Made by a program: the position numbers and the translations under genes. The notes below the pieces were generated by a model. That model saw only the letters and a list, made by a program, of their open reading frames with translations, was not told the DNA's origin and made no database searches. DNA of 64,000 nt from an uncultured bacterium (lineage in GTDB: Bacteria > Verrucomicrobiota > Kiritimatiellia > RFP12 > UBA1067): NCBI GenBank assembly GCA_902761275.1, contig CACWJS010000001.1, positions 11,477-75,476 on the forward strand. Direction: 5' to 3'. Positions 18,309 through 26,872 of the stretch are shown here, piece after piece; positions within the stretch are counted from its first letter, which is position 1; each line of letters starts with the position of its first letter.

Positions 18309-18745
18309 AGGATAAGAAGCCCCGCCGCGACCGTGATAAATGTGTCGGCGAGGTTGAAGCAGGGGAAGTGGTACGCGGCCTTCCAGTGAAAGTCGAAGAA
18401 GTCGATGACGAAGCCGCGGAAGACGCGGTCGATGAGATTGCCGACGATGCCGGCATAGAGAAGCACCTCGGCGACCGCCGCCGCACGCCCGTCGCCGAAG
18501 ATGGACTTCCGCTTCCAAAGGAGGAACGCAAGCGCGACAACCGCAAACGCGGCGAGCGGCCAGACCTGCCCCTGGAACATGCCCCACGCGCAACCCCTGT
18601 TCTCGACATACGCAAGGTCGAAGAAACCAGGGATGATTGGTAGCGAAGAAGCCCCCTTGAGATAGCCCGCCGCAAGCTCCTTCGCCACCGCATCCGCGAG
18701 AACGAGGTGCACGACGACGGCAAAGACGACGAGGTAGCGCCTCAT
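18281..18745 (-). CDS. lspA: Lipoprotein signal peptidase II
   Basis: 154 aa, 4 TM, conserved FNLAD and ENRG motifs. Confidence 0.85.
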   Translation of the reverse strand: MRRYLVVFAVVVHLVLADAVAKELAAGYLKGASSLPIIPGFFDLAYVENRGCAWGMFQGQVWPLAAFAVVALAFLLWKRKSIFGDGRAAAVAEVLLYAGIVGNLIDRVFRGFVIDFFDFHWKAAYHFPCFNLADTFITVAAGLLILCSFGKRTS

Positions 18746-19542
18746 CAGCTACGATTGCGCTCCATCTCGCTCTGGCACTCCATGCACGTCAGAACGAACG
18801 GCTGGTTGAGGAGACGGGGTTTGCGAATCAGCTGGCCGCAGACGGTGCAGACGCCGTACGACCCGTCGTCGATGCGATGAAGCGCCTCTTCGATCTGCTG
18901 GATGGTGCGATTGATGTTGCCCATCTGGCCGAGCGCCTGGAGACGCAGCGTCTGGTTGGTGCCGTCTCCGCCGTCGGACTCATGATCCTCGGCCTCGTTG
19001 AAGCCGGTTGCCTTCATCGCGTTGACGCCCGAGAGCGCCGCAGCGCGGGCTTCGATGAGACGCTTGCGGAAATCCTTGAGGTCGGCTGCGGGGAACTTGA
19101 CCGTCGACTTGCCCTGTGCGCGAGTCGTGGGGCGACGCGAAAGCTTGATTTCGTTGCCGGTGCGAACCTTGTCGGCCATCGCCGCAGAGCGCTTCATCTC
19201 CTCGGCGATCGACATCGCGAACTCGACGGCCTTGGCGGTGTCCATCGCCTCTACATCGGGCGAGACCGGCTTCTCCACTGCTACCACGCGACGCGTGATG
19301 CGCGGAGGAACGCGCTTGATCTCCGTCTTCGTCTTCTTGGCGACTGGCTTGACAGGCTTCTTCGCGGCAACTTTCTTAGCCGGCTTCTTGGCGACAGGCT
19401 TCTTCGCCTTCGCCGCCGGTTTCTTCGCAGCTGGCTTCTTTGCAACGGGCTTCTTGGCCGGCTTCTTGGCGGCGACCTTCTTGGCCGGCTTCTTCGCAAC
19501 CGGCTTCTTTGCCTTCGAGGACTTCTTGATGCTGACTCCCAT
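18745..19542 (-). CDS. DksA/TraR-family C4 zinc-finger protein with N-terminal histone-H1-like (AKKP)n tail
   Basis: N-terminal ~90 aa of KKPAKK/AAKKP repeats; C-terminal DksA-like coiled coil and CTVCGQ...CMECQ zinc finger. Confidence 0.7.
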   Translation of the reverse strand: MGVSIKKSSKAKKPVAKKPAKKVAAKKPAKKPVAKKPAAKKPAAKAKKPVAKKPAKKVAAKKPVKPVAKKTKTEIKRVPPRITRRVVAVEKPVSPDVEAMDTAKAVEFAMSIAEEMKRSAAMADKVRTGNEIKLSRRPTTRAQGKSTVKFPAADLKDFRKRLIEARAAALSGVNAMKATGFNEAEDHESDGGDGTNQTLRLQALGQMGNINRTIQQIEEALHRIDDGSYGVCTVCGQLIRKPRLLNQPFVLTCMECQSEMERNRS

Positions 19543-19592
19543 GATTGGCCTCCTCTCTATAAATTCTTCTGTTTGACAACGTCTCTATTCTA

Positions 19593-21671
19593 TCATATTT
19601 GGACGCCGGGTGGAAGCTTCATCCACTCGCGAATTTCATCCGACAGCGGCTGTATCTCTACGACCGTGGCGAACTTCACCTCGCCCTCCGCGCCGGGAAG
19701 CTCAAACTGGTCGCCGACCTTCTTGCCGAGCATATTCTGCGCGAGACGCGTCTTGGACGCGAGGATGCACTTCTCGATGTCGTTGTCCCACTCTCCGAGG
19801 ACCGTATAGGCCTTGCGCCCTTCCGGACCCTCGATCACGACGGTGACGCCTGGCATCACCTCGTCGGTCTTGGCGTCCGAGAAGTCACCGGGCTTGACGG
19901 CCTCGAGCTCAGCCTGCATGACGGTCTGCTTCTGCATCAGCACGCGCTGCTCGTCCTTTGCGTACTGGTACTCCGCGTTCTCCGAGAGGTCGCCGTAGCT
20001 CTTCGCGAACTCGATGCGCTTGACGTTCGCGGGCATGTCCTCGTTGATGAGCTTGAGGTACTCCTGCTTCCTGAGGCCGTAGCTGCGGAGCGAAGTGACG
20101 CGCGCATACTCCTTCTTCTTCTCGGTCTTGACGAGGTGGCTCTCGAGCGCGGGAACGATGTGCGTCATCCTCACGACGATAGTGTGGTGGGTCGACGGGT
20201 CCCACGCGATGGACGCCTGGAAGCGCTCGAAGAACAGCACCTGGTCGGCGGGCTTCAGGAGCTTGAACATCTTCTCGAGCCATGCCCTGTCGCCAAAGAG
20301 GCGGCGGACGATGTTCTGCATCTTGAGCGTCTCGCCGCCGCGCCTGCCCTCGCCGAGCGCAATCGCGTGGGTGAGGATCGTCGCGACCGGCGGGAGCTCG
20401 GGCCACAGCTCGTAGGACTTGAGCACCTTGATGTTCTTGCCGTCAATCGGAACATCGGCGTACTCGAACTTGCCGAACTGTTCGATCTTTCCGACGATGA
20501 GTGTGACGAGCGTCGCAGGCGCCTGCGTGTCCTTCATGAAACCACCGAGCGCGGCACGGCACGCCACCTCGGCGCCGAAGCGCGAAACGATCTCGGAGAC
20601 GGCCGTGAAGCAGAGCTCGGGAACCGCGGCGTAAAGCTTTGCCTTCGCCTCGTCGGAGTCCGCGAGGAAAGAGATCATCGCGCCAACCTCGCGAGCCGGC
20701 AGGGACGACGCTGCGGCGATGTAGCGCTTGCGCTCCCAGAGGTACGCGCGCATGTCAGCCGCGGCAGGACGCGCAAAGCCAAGCTCAAGGACGAGCGAGG
20801 CGAGGCGCGCATACAGCGCGTCGTCGACGTTGCGCGCGGCGGTCACCGCGAACTCGAGTCGGTCGGCGATCTTGGACTTTGCATCGTCGGTGGCGGTCTT
20901 GAAGCGGCCCTGCGAGACATATTCGCGAACAGCCGCGAGGATAAGCTTCGGGTCGGTCTCGTGCGAGAACGCCGTGAGCCAGCCGTCGCCATAGTCCTCG
21001 ACGGACGCCTTGAGGCGAATCGGGTCGGTGCGCTTCGCGGGAATCTCGACGAGCTTGTCCTGGTGAAGCGCCTTTCTCGCCTCTTCCCAGAACTTCTTCC
21101 AGTTGACGGACTTGACGAAGCCGTTCTGGACGCAGATATCCTCGAGGCGGACGATCGTCATATCGCCGTAGCTCTTGAGGACTTCCTTCACGAAGTCGCC
21201 GGGGCGCTCCTTGAGCATCGCCTCGAACGCCGCAGGGTCGGCCTCACGGAGAACGAGGATGTGGCCTTCCGGCGCGCCCTCGAGCATATCGCACGCGGCG
21301 GCGTAAGTGAACTGGTGGCCCTTCTTCGTCTTGAAGTCGACGGTGATGCGCTTGTAGAAGTAGTCGAGGCGTTTCACCTTGCCGATGCCCCAAGCCTTGC
21401 TGAGAACGAGCGCGCCTGGCTGGAAGCCAACGAGCTTCTCGAGCTTCACGAGAGACTCGTCAAGTGGACTCTCGCCAAAGCCAACGCCATCCAAAAAAGA
21501 AAGAAGAAGACGATCTCTTGTCGTCTTCTTCAATGCGTCCCTTATACCCGTCGCGCGGATCTTCTTGTCAAGTTCTGCCCTGTTTTCGCGCACGAGCCGA
21601 AAAGCCCCTTCGAAGTCTTGCTTCTCCGCGCACTCGTTCAACTGATTCACCAACGCTTCCGTATCGGCCAT
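19593..21671 (-). CDS. greA: GreA-family transcript cleavage factor with ~540-aa N-terminal extension
   Basis: C-terminal Gre coiled-coil signature SYGDLSENAEYQYAKDEQ plus FKBP-like Gre C domain (GVTVVIEG...YTVLG); TGATATAAT -10 and AAGGAG SD upstream. Confidence 0.7.
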   Translation of the reverse strand: MADTEALVNQLNECAEKQDFEGAFRLVRENRAELDKKIRATGIRDALKKTTRDRLLLSFLDGVGFGESPLDESLVKLEKLVGFQPGALVLSKAWGIGKVKRLDYFYKRITVDFKTKKGHQFTYAAACDMLEGAPEGHILVLREADPAAFEAMLKERPGDFVKEVLKSYGDMTIVRLEDICVQNGFVKSVNWKKFWEEARKALHQDKLVEIPAKRTDPIRLKASVEDYGDGWLTAFSHETDPKLILAAVREYVSQGRFKTATDDAKSKIADRLEFAVTAARNVDDALYARLASLVLELGFARPAAADMRAYLWERKRYIAAASSLPAREVGAMISFLADSDEAKAKLYAAVPELCFTAVSEIVSRFGAEVACRAALGGFMKDTQAPATLVTLIVGKIEQFGKFEYADVPIDGKNIKVLKSYELWPELPPVATILTHAIALGEGRRGGETLKMQNIVRRLFGDRAWLEKMFKLLKPADQVLFFERFQASIAWDPSTHHTIVVRMTHIVPALESHLVKTEKKKEYARVTSLRSYGLRKQEYLKLINEDMPANVKRIEFAKSYGDLSENAEYQYAKDEQRVLMQKQTVMQAELEAVKPGDFSDAKTDEVMPGVTVVIEGPEGRKAYTVLGEWDNDIEKCILASKTRLAQNMLGKKVGDQFELPGAEGEVKFATVVEIQPLSDEIREWMKLPPGVQI

Positions 21672-21706
21672 TTGCCTCTCCTTTCGAAAAATAGGTGCAT
21701 ATTATA

Positions 21707-22204
21707 TCATAAATTCCGCTCGCGCACGCGGCGAATCATCGCTTTCTCCGGGCAGGTGAATGGATCGGCGTGCTTTGTGCAGTTTATGCACCCCGTGTAG
21801 AGCTTGTGCATGATCTTCGTCTTCGGGACCTCGACGAAACCAAGTGAGGCGAAGAACTCGGGGGTGAACGTAAGCGTAACGAGCTCGCGCGGCGAAAACG
21901 CCGCGGCGCGTTCTGCGACGGCCTCGACGAGCGCGCGCCCGATGCCGCGCCGCCTGAAGTCCTCTTTCACGGCAACCGAGACGATCTCGACTGTCGCCGC
22001 CTCGGGAGCGCCTATCTCTGGATGTATCTGGTATGACGCGCAACCGGCCATCTTGCCGCCCGCCTCCGCGACGACGAACCTGTCTATCGACTCTACGATA
22101 TTCCCGAGCGACCTCGGCACAAGGCGATCGACATTTGCACCGATGAGGGCATAGACGCCCTCCGCGTCGCCGAGTCGTGCCTGCCTTATCGAAAATCCGT
22201 CCAT
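21707..22204 (-). CDS. GNAT-family N-acetyltransferase with C-terminal Cys cluster
   Basis: Acetyl-CoA motif VAVKEDFRRRGIGRALV; tail CINCTKHADPFTC. Confidence 0.7.
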   Translation of the reverse strand: MDGFSIRQARLGDAEGVYALIGANVDRLVPRSLGNIVESIDRFVVAEAGGKMAGCASYQIHPEIGAPEAATVEIVSVAVKEDFRRRGIGRALVEAVAERAAAFSPRELVTLTFTPEFFASLGFVEVPKTKIMHKLYTGCINCTKHADPFTCPEKAMIRRVRERNL

Positions 22205-22219
22205 AGCCCTCCCACTTGG

Positions 22220-23671
22220 TCAGAACAGGCGAGTCACTTCGCCGTCGATCGCGTCCACGTCGCAAACGCGCGTCTGCGCGATGGGCAGCTTCTCAAGCTC
22301 GGCGACGGACGGCGGCGGGGCAACAAGCACGTCCTCGCCATAGGCCCTGAGGCAGGTCTCCGGGAACTTGTACGGCGTCGCGGTAGCGGCGACGACGCAC
22401 GGCGCGCCGTCCGGCAGACCCAGTTTCTTCGCGACGAACGTAGCGACGGCGGTATGCGGATCGACAAGGTAGCCGGCGGCCTCGCGCATGCGGCGCATTT
22501 CCGCTTCTGTCTCCTCGGGTGTCGCGACACCGCCCTCGAAATCTGCGAAAAGGCGCCCCTTCGCGCTCTCCGAAAGCTCGTACCGCCCTTTTTCGGCAAG
22601 ATTCTTCATCATGCGCGTCGTTTCTGCGCAGGCGCGTTCGATATCGCCGTCAAGCCCCCCTGAAATCATCCAGAGAAGGCGCTCGACGTTCGAAGACTTC
22701 CTGATGTCCATCGAGGGGGAGTTCGTGACGGTGAAATTCGGGCCGGGGTCGTAGATGCCGGTCTTCACGAAACGCGCGAGGACGTCGTTCACGTTGGACG
22801 CGACGATGAACTTGCGAATCGGGCTTCCAAGAAGCTTCGCGTAGTACGCCGCGAGAATATTGCCAAAGTTGCCAGAGGGCACGACAACGTCAAAAACTCC
22901 ACCATCCTTGGGCCGGGGTGCGGGGGTGCCATAACCCCCGTCCGTTCCATTCAGTTTAGCCCCTGCAAGAACGTAGTAGGCGATCTGCGGCACAAGCCGC
23001 CCCGTGTTTATCGAATTGGCGCTCGAGAGAGTGATGCCGTGCGCGGCGGCCTCGGCGCGGATCGCGGGGTCGGCGAAGATGCGCTTCACCGCCGCCTGCG
23101 CGTCGTCGAAGTTGCCGCGGATGCCGACGGCGTGGACGTTCGCCTCGGCGGGAGTAGTCATCTGGAGCCGCTGGATGCGCGAGGTGCCGGTAGCGGGATA
23201 GAAGACGACGATCTCGGTGCCGTCAACGCCGGCGAAGCCCTGCATCGCGGCTGATCCGGTGTCGCCGCTCGTCGCCGTAAGGACGAGAACGCGACGGCCG
23301 CCGGCTGCGTGGCGCATGAAGACGGGGAGCATCGAAAGCGCGACGTCCTTGAAGGCGCCGGTCTTGCCGTGGAAAAGCTCGAGCATGTGAAGCCCGTCCT
23401 TCTCGACGAGAGGAACAGGGTCTTCGGCCGGGAAGCGAGAGGAGAGGCGGTCGATTGCAGACTTGCGGACCTCTTCAGGGAAATCGCCGAAAAGGCGAGA
23501 CAAAACAAAATCCTCTGCCTTGCCCAAGGTCGTCAGATTAGGGTCATTTAGAGTCACATCACTACCTAACCCTATAACCGGCACATAAAGACCGCCATCG
23601 GGCGCAAGGCCCTGAAAAACTGTTTCAGGCGCCGTCGCCTCAATTCCCTTTCTTGTAGAAACATATTTCAT
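22220..23671 (-). CDS. thrC: Threonine synthase
   Basis: 483 aa; PLP-lysine motif FHGKTGAFKD; long-form ThrC length. Confidence 0.9.
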   Translation of the reverse strand: MKYVSTRKGIEATAPETVFQGLAPDGGLYVPVIGLGSDVTLNDPNLTTLGKAEDFVLSRLFGDFPEEVRKSAIDRLSSRFPAEDPVPLVEKDGLHMLELFHGKTGAFKDVALSMLPVFMRHAAGGRRVLVLTATSGDTGSAAMQGFAGVDGTEIVVFYPATGTSRIQRLQMTTPAEANVHAVGIRGNFDDAQAAVKRIFADPAIRAEAAAHGITLSSANSINTGRLVPQIAYYVLAGAKLNGTDGGYGTPAPRPKDGGVFDVVVPSGNFGNILAAYYAKLLGSPIRKFIVASNVNDVLARFVKTGIYDPGPNFTVTNSPSMDIRKSSNVERLLWMISGGLDGDIERACAETTRMMKNLAEKGRYELSESAKGRLFADFEGGVATPEETEAEMRRMREAAGYLVDPHTAVATFVAKKLGLPDGAPCVVAATATPYKFPETCLRAYGEDVLVAPPPSVAELEKLPIAQTRVCDVDAIDGEVTRLF

Positions 23672-23740
23672 TTCCCAACTCCTAACTTCTTACTCCTGAC
23701 TCCTAACCCCTAACTTCTCCGCTATCCAACTTCCCAAAAC

Positions 23741-23774
23741 CTCTCTGCGTACTCTGCGTCTCTGCGCCTCTGCG
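23741..23774 (-). repeat. (N)CGCAGAG x4 tandem repeat in thrC leader
   Basis: Reverse complement = cgcagaggcgcagagacgcagagtacgcagagag, matching 296-329. Confidence 0.65.
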
Positions 23775-23837
23775 TTAAAAATTCTGATAAAAAAGATATC
23801 AATTCCATTCTCCAACTCCAACTCTGAACTCCAACTC

Positions 23838-24956
23838 CTAATTAAACATAAACTCCACGACATCCCCATCCTGCATCTCGTACTCCTTGCCCTCGGGGCG
23901 AAGCGCTCCCGCCTCGCGAGCGCCCTTCTCGCCGCCGTACTTGACGTAGTCGTCAAACGAAACGACCTGGGCCCTGATGAAGCCCTTTTCGAAATCGGTG
24001 TGAATGACGCCGGCGCACTTCGGCGCCTTCCAGCCACGGCGGAAAGTCCACGCGCGGACTTCCTTTGGCCCCGCAGTTAGGAAACTCGCGAGACCCAGCG
24101 TGTGGTATGCAAGCTTGATCGTCCTGTCGAGCGACGACTCCGTGAGCCCGTAGCTTTCGAGGAACTCCTTTGCCTCGGCATCCGAGAGCCCCGCGAGATC
24201 GGCCTCCATCTGGGCGCACACGACTACGCACTCCGCGCCCTCCTTCGCGGCATATGCCTTAAGCGCGTCCACATGTGCATTGCCTTCGCCCGTCACGTTG
24301 TCGTCGGCGACGTTCGCGCAGTAGATGACCTTCTTGTCGGTGAGGAAATGGAGTTCCTTCAGGACGTCGAGAATCGCGTCGCCTTCCTTCCTCGGGAACG
24401 AGCGGACGGATTTCCCCTCCTCGAGATGCTTCAAAAGCGCCGCGCAGGCCTCGGCCTCCGGGCGCATCGCGGGCTTCGCCTGCGCCTCCTTCTTGATGCG
24501 GTCGTAGCGCTTCTGCAGCTGCTCCATGTCGGCAAGGACAAGCTCAGTCTCAATCACCTCGGCGTCGCCCACGGGGTCGATCGGCGCCGACTTGTTGCCG
24601 CCTTCCTGGACATGGATGATGTCGTCGTTCTCGAAGCACCTGACGACGTGCAGTATCGCGTCGCACTCGCGGATGTTCGCGAGGAACTTGTTGCCAAGCC
24701 CCTCGCCCTTGGACGCACCCTTGACGAGACCGGCGATGTCGGTGAACTCGACCGTCGCGCGGATTATCTGCTGCGGGCTTACGATCTTCGCAAGCGCCTC
24801 AAGTCGCAGGTCTGCAACTTCGACAATGGCGGAGTTGGGCTCAATCGTGCAGAACGGGTAGTTCTCGGCCGCCGCCTGCTGCTTCTTGGTAAGCGCGTTG
24901 AACAATGTGGACTTGCCGACGTTTGGAAGACCTACAATACCAACTGAAAGACTCAT
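23838..24956 (-). CDS. ychF: Ribosome-binding ATPase YchF (Obg-family GTPase)
   Basis: G1 GLPNVGKST, TGS C-terminal domain, 372 aa. Confidence 0.9.
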   Translation of the reverse strand: MSLSVGIVGLPNVGKSTLFNALTKKQQAAAENYPFCTIEPNSAIVEVADLRLEALAKIVSPQQIIRATVEFTDIAGLVKGASKGEGLGNKFLANIRECDAILHVVRCFENDDIIHVQEGGNKSAPIDPVGDAEVIETELVLADMEQLQKRYDRIKKEAQAKPAMRPEAEACAALLKHLEEGKSVRSFPRKEGDAILDVLKELHFLTDKKVIYCANVADDNVTGEGNAHVDALKAYAAKEGAECVVVCAQMEADLAGLSDAEAKEFLESYGLTESSLDRTIKLAYHTLGLASFLTAGPKEVRAWTFRRGWKAPKCAGVIHTDFEKGFIRAQVVSFDDYVKYGGEKGAREAGALRPEGKEYEMQDGDVVEFMFN

Positions 24957-24962
24957 TTTACA

Positions 24963-25004
24963 GGTTGAAAAGTTGAAGGGTTGAAAAGTTGAAGGGTTGA
25001 AAGG
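24963..25004. repeat. Tandem 16-mer repeat (GTTGAAAAGTTGAAGG x ~2.6)
   Basis: Direct tandem copies immediately upstream of ychF start; no SD on the transcribed strand. Confidence 0.6.
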
Positions 25005-25010
25005 TTTTAA

Positions 25011-25952
25011 TTATTCATTATTCTCCCCCTTGTATTCCCAATCGGGATACATGGACTTTAGGACTGCGCGGTAGTACTCCGCGTCCACTGTGCGCCCCTC
25101 CTTCAGGGCGGCGACAAAGAGCTTTTCAATCGGGGCTACGATGCGAGCGCGCGAGGCTTCCGCTAGAAGGCCGTCCGCCTGCGCCCTTATGCGGTTAGCC
25201 TTGGCCAGCGCACGCGTCTCCTTCGAAAGCGCCGGATCGTTCTCGGGTAGCTTTGGCTCCTTCTTGCGCGGGCGAGCCCTGCCGTTCTCGTCGATCTCCG
25301 TGTCCTCGTCGGGAAGCCACGAGAGGTCCGCTATCGTCTTCTCGGGCCTCAGCGCGCGCTCGCGCTCGTCAAGCTCCTTCTGGTAGTCCAAAAGCTCAGC
25401 GTTCAGCGCCTCATAGCGCTGCCGTTCCTCGGCAAGTTCGGCCATCGAGACCTTTAGCTTCAGCGTCTCGGCCTCACGTATCGCCCTTGTCGCCTCGGCG
25501 CGAGCAAGCTCGTCGGCCGCCGCCTGCGCCTTCGCCCGTTCTGCATCGGCGTTCTCCTTGGCGGTCTTCAGTTCCGCGTCCTTTGCCGCCTTGAGGTCTG
25601 CCGCCTTCTTCGCCTCGGCCTCGGCCGTCGCACGTTCGTCGGCGGCAATCGCCTTCTTCTCCGCGAGGTTCTCGTTCTCAAGCTTTAGTTTCTCGTTCTC
25701 CGCCTCCGCCGCTGCAAGGGCGGTCGCTGCGCTCTTCTCCTTTGCCTCGGCCTCGCGCGCGTTCGCCGCGGCAGTTGCGCGCTCGAGCTCGGCCTCGCGC
25801 GCACGCTTCGACGCAATCGTCTCCTCGCTCGCGGCCTTGTCGGCCGCCGCACGCGCGGCGTCGGCGCGCTGCATGGAGATCACGACACCAGAGATGCCCG
25901 CCGCGATGACGGCGACGCATACCGCGACTATGGCCACGATCTTCGCATTCAT
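25011..25952 (-). CDS. Membrane-anchored Ala/Glu/Lys-rich coiled-coil protein (hypothetical)
   Basis: N-terminal TM IVAIVAVCVAVIAAGISGVVI, ~180 aa heptad-rich low-complexity region, globular C-terminus; 4-nt overlap with upstream P-loop gene. Confidence 0.5.
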   Translation of the reverse strand: MNAKIVAIVAVCVAVIAAGISGVVISMQRADAARAAADKAASEETIASKRAREAELERATAAANAREAEAKEKSAATALAAAEAENEKLKLENENLAEKKAIAADERATAEAEAKKAADLKAAKDAELKTAKENADAERAKAQAAADELARAEATRAIREAETLKLKVSMAELAEERQRYEALNAELLDYQKELDERERALRPEKTIADLSWLPDEDTEIDENGRARPRKKEPKLPENDPALSKETRALAKANRIRAQADGLLAEASRARIVAPIEKLFVAALKEGRTVDAEYYRAVLKSMYPDWEYKGENNE

Positions 25953-26872
25953 GACAGATCACCTTTCACTTCTGTTTCCGTTCCGTCCGGCGACACACGC
26001 ACGATCTTTCCGCCGCGCATGACGGTGACCGTGAGCCCCGCCGCAAATGCACGCGCAATGGCATCGTGACTTGCCACAGCCGCAGGCTCCGACAGAGCGG
26101 GATTGGGCTGCATGTTAAATCTGCCGCCGGGAACAGTTATCTTCTTTGCGGCATCTGCTATTGGCGCAAACCACTTGGGGAATCCGCCATTCGCTTCGTC
26201 CGACGACATCAACCCGGTTTCCTCGTCCCATTCGGCGAAGAACCGCATCGTCTCGCCGCTGTTGTCGAAGAAGTACGCTCTGGAGAGGTGTGGCAGTGCT
26301 GCTGCGGCGTTCGCCACGGAAAGCGGAAACCTCGACGCGATCTTATCCGGCGGCACGGAGTGTCCGCCGAGCGCCGTGCGATTCTCGACGCGGGCAGCAT
26401 TGATGACCGCACTCTCGGTCGCGACAAAATAGAGATACGTCCGAAACCCGTTCTTCCGCGCCTCGCGCAGCGCGTCGACCTTGGACACATGGGAGAACAC
26501 AGACTCCTGCGAGAAGCTTGACTTCAGGAGAATGTGCATTGACTGGAGAAAAGAAGCGACAAGGGCGACGGTGTATGAATTGACGGCATCTGGAGCGAAG
26601 CGGATCAAGTCCGATTCAAGCGTTATCGAACCGTCGCGGAAAAGCGACTTGACATCTTCGGGATATGACGTTGTTTCGGCATAGCTGCGCAGGATGCCAT
26701 CCAAAAGAGACATGTGAGGTGCATACGCACCGGTACGCGAGACCTCCGCGAATATGTCGTCGGCGTTTATGACGTCGTAGAAGTTCACGGCATAGTCAGC
26801 GGCAAGGCGGCGCATCAGCGTCGTCTTGCCGGAGCCGTTCGGCCCCGCGACCATCCTAAGCCGAGGCGTCAT
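25949..26872 (-). CDS. P-loop NTPase (zeta-toxin/AAA_33-like kinase fold) with C-terminal extension
   Basis: Walker A VAGPNGSGKTT near N-terminus; 307 aa; overlaps secretin stop (ATGA) and the downstream coiled-coil gene. Confidence 0.55.
   Translation of the reverse strand: MTPRLRMVAGPNGSGKTTLMRRLAADYAVNFYDVINADDIFAEVSRTGAYAPHMSLLDGILRSYAETTSYPEDVKSLFRDGSITLESDLIRFAPDAVNSYTVALVASFLQSMHILLKSSFSQESVFSHVSKVDALREARKNGFRTYLYFVATESAVINAARVENRTALGGHSVPPDKIASRFPLSVANAAAALPHLSRAYFFDNSGETMRFFAEWDEETGLMSSDEANGGFPKWFAPIADAAKKITVPGGRFNMQPNPALSEPAAVASHDAIARAFAAGLTVTVMRGGKIVRVSPDGTETEVKGDLS

Noticed and set aside
23672-25010. Possible CRISPR array or iteron origin, suggested by the short tandem repeats (CTCCTAAC, CGCAGAG, GTTGAAAAGTTGAAGG)
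   Set aside because: The repeats are 8-16 nt, contiguous and without spacers. There are at most 4 copies, no cas genes, and no DnaA or Rep gene nearby. They look like leader/UTR low-complexity repeats instead.
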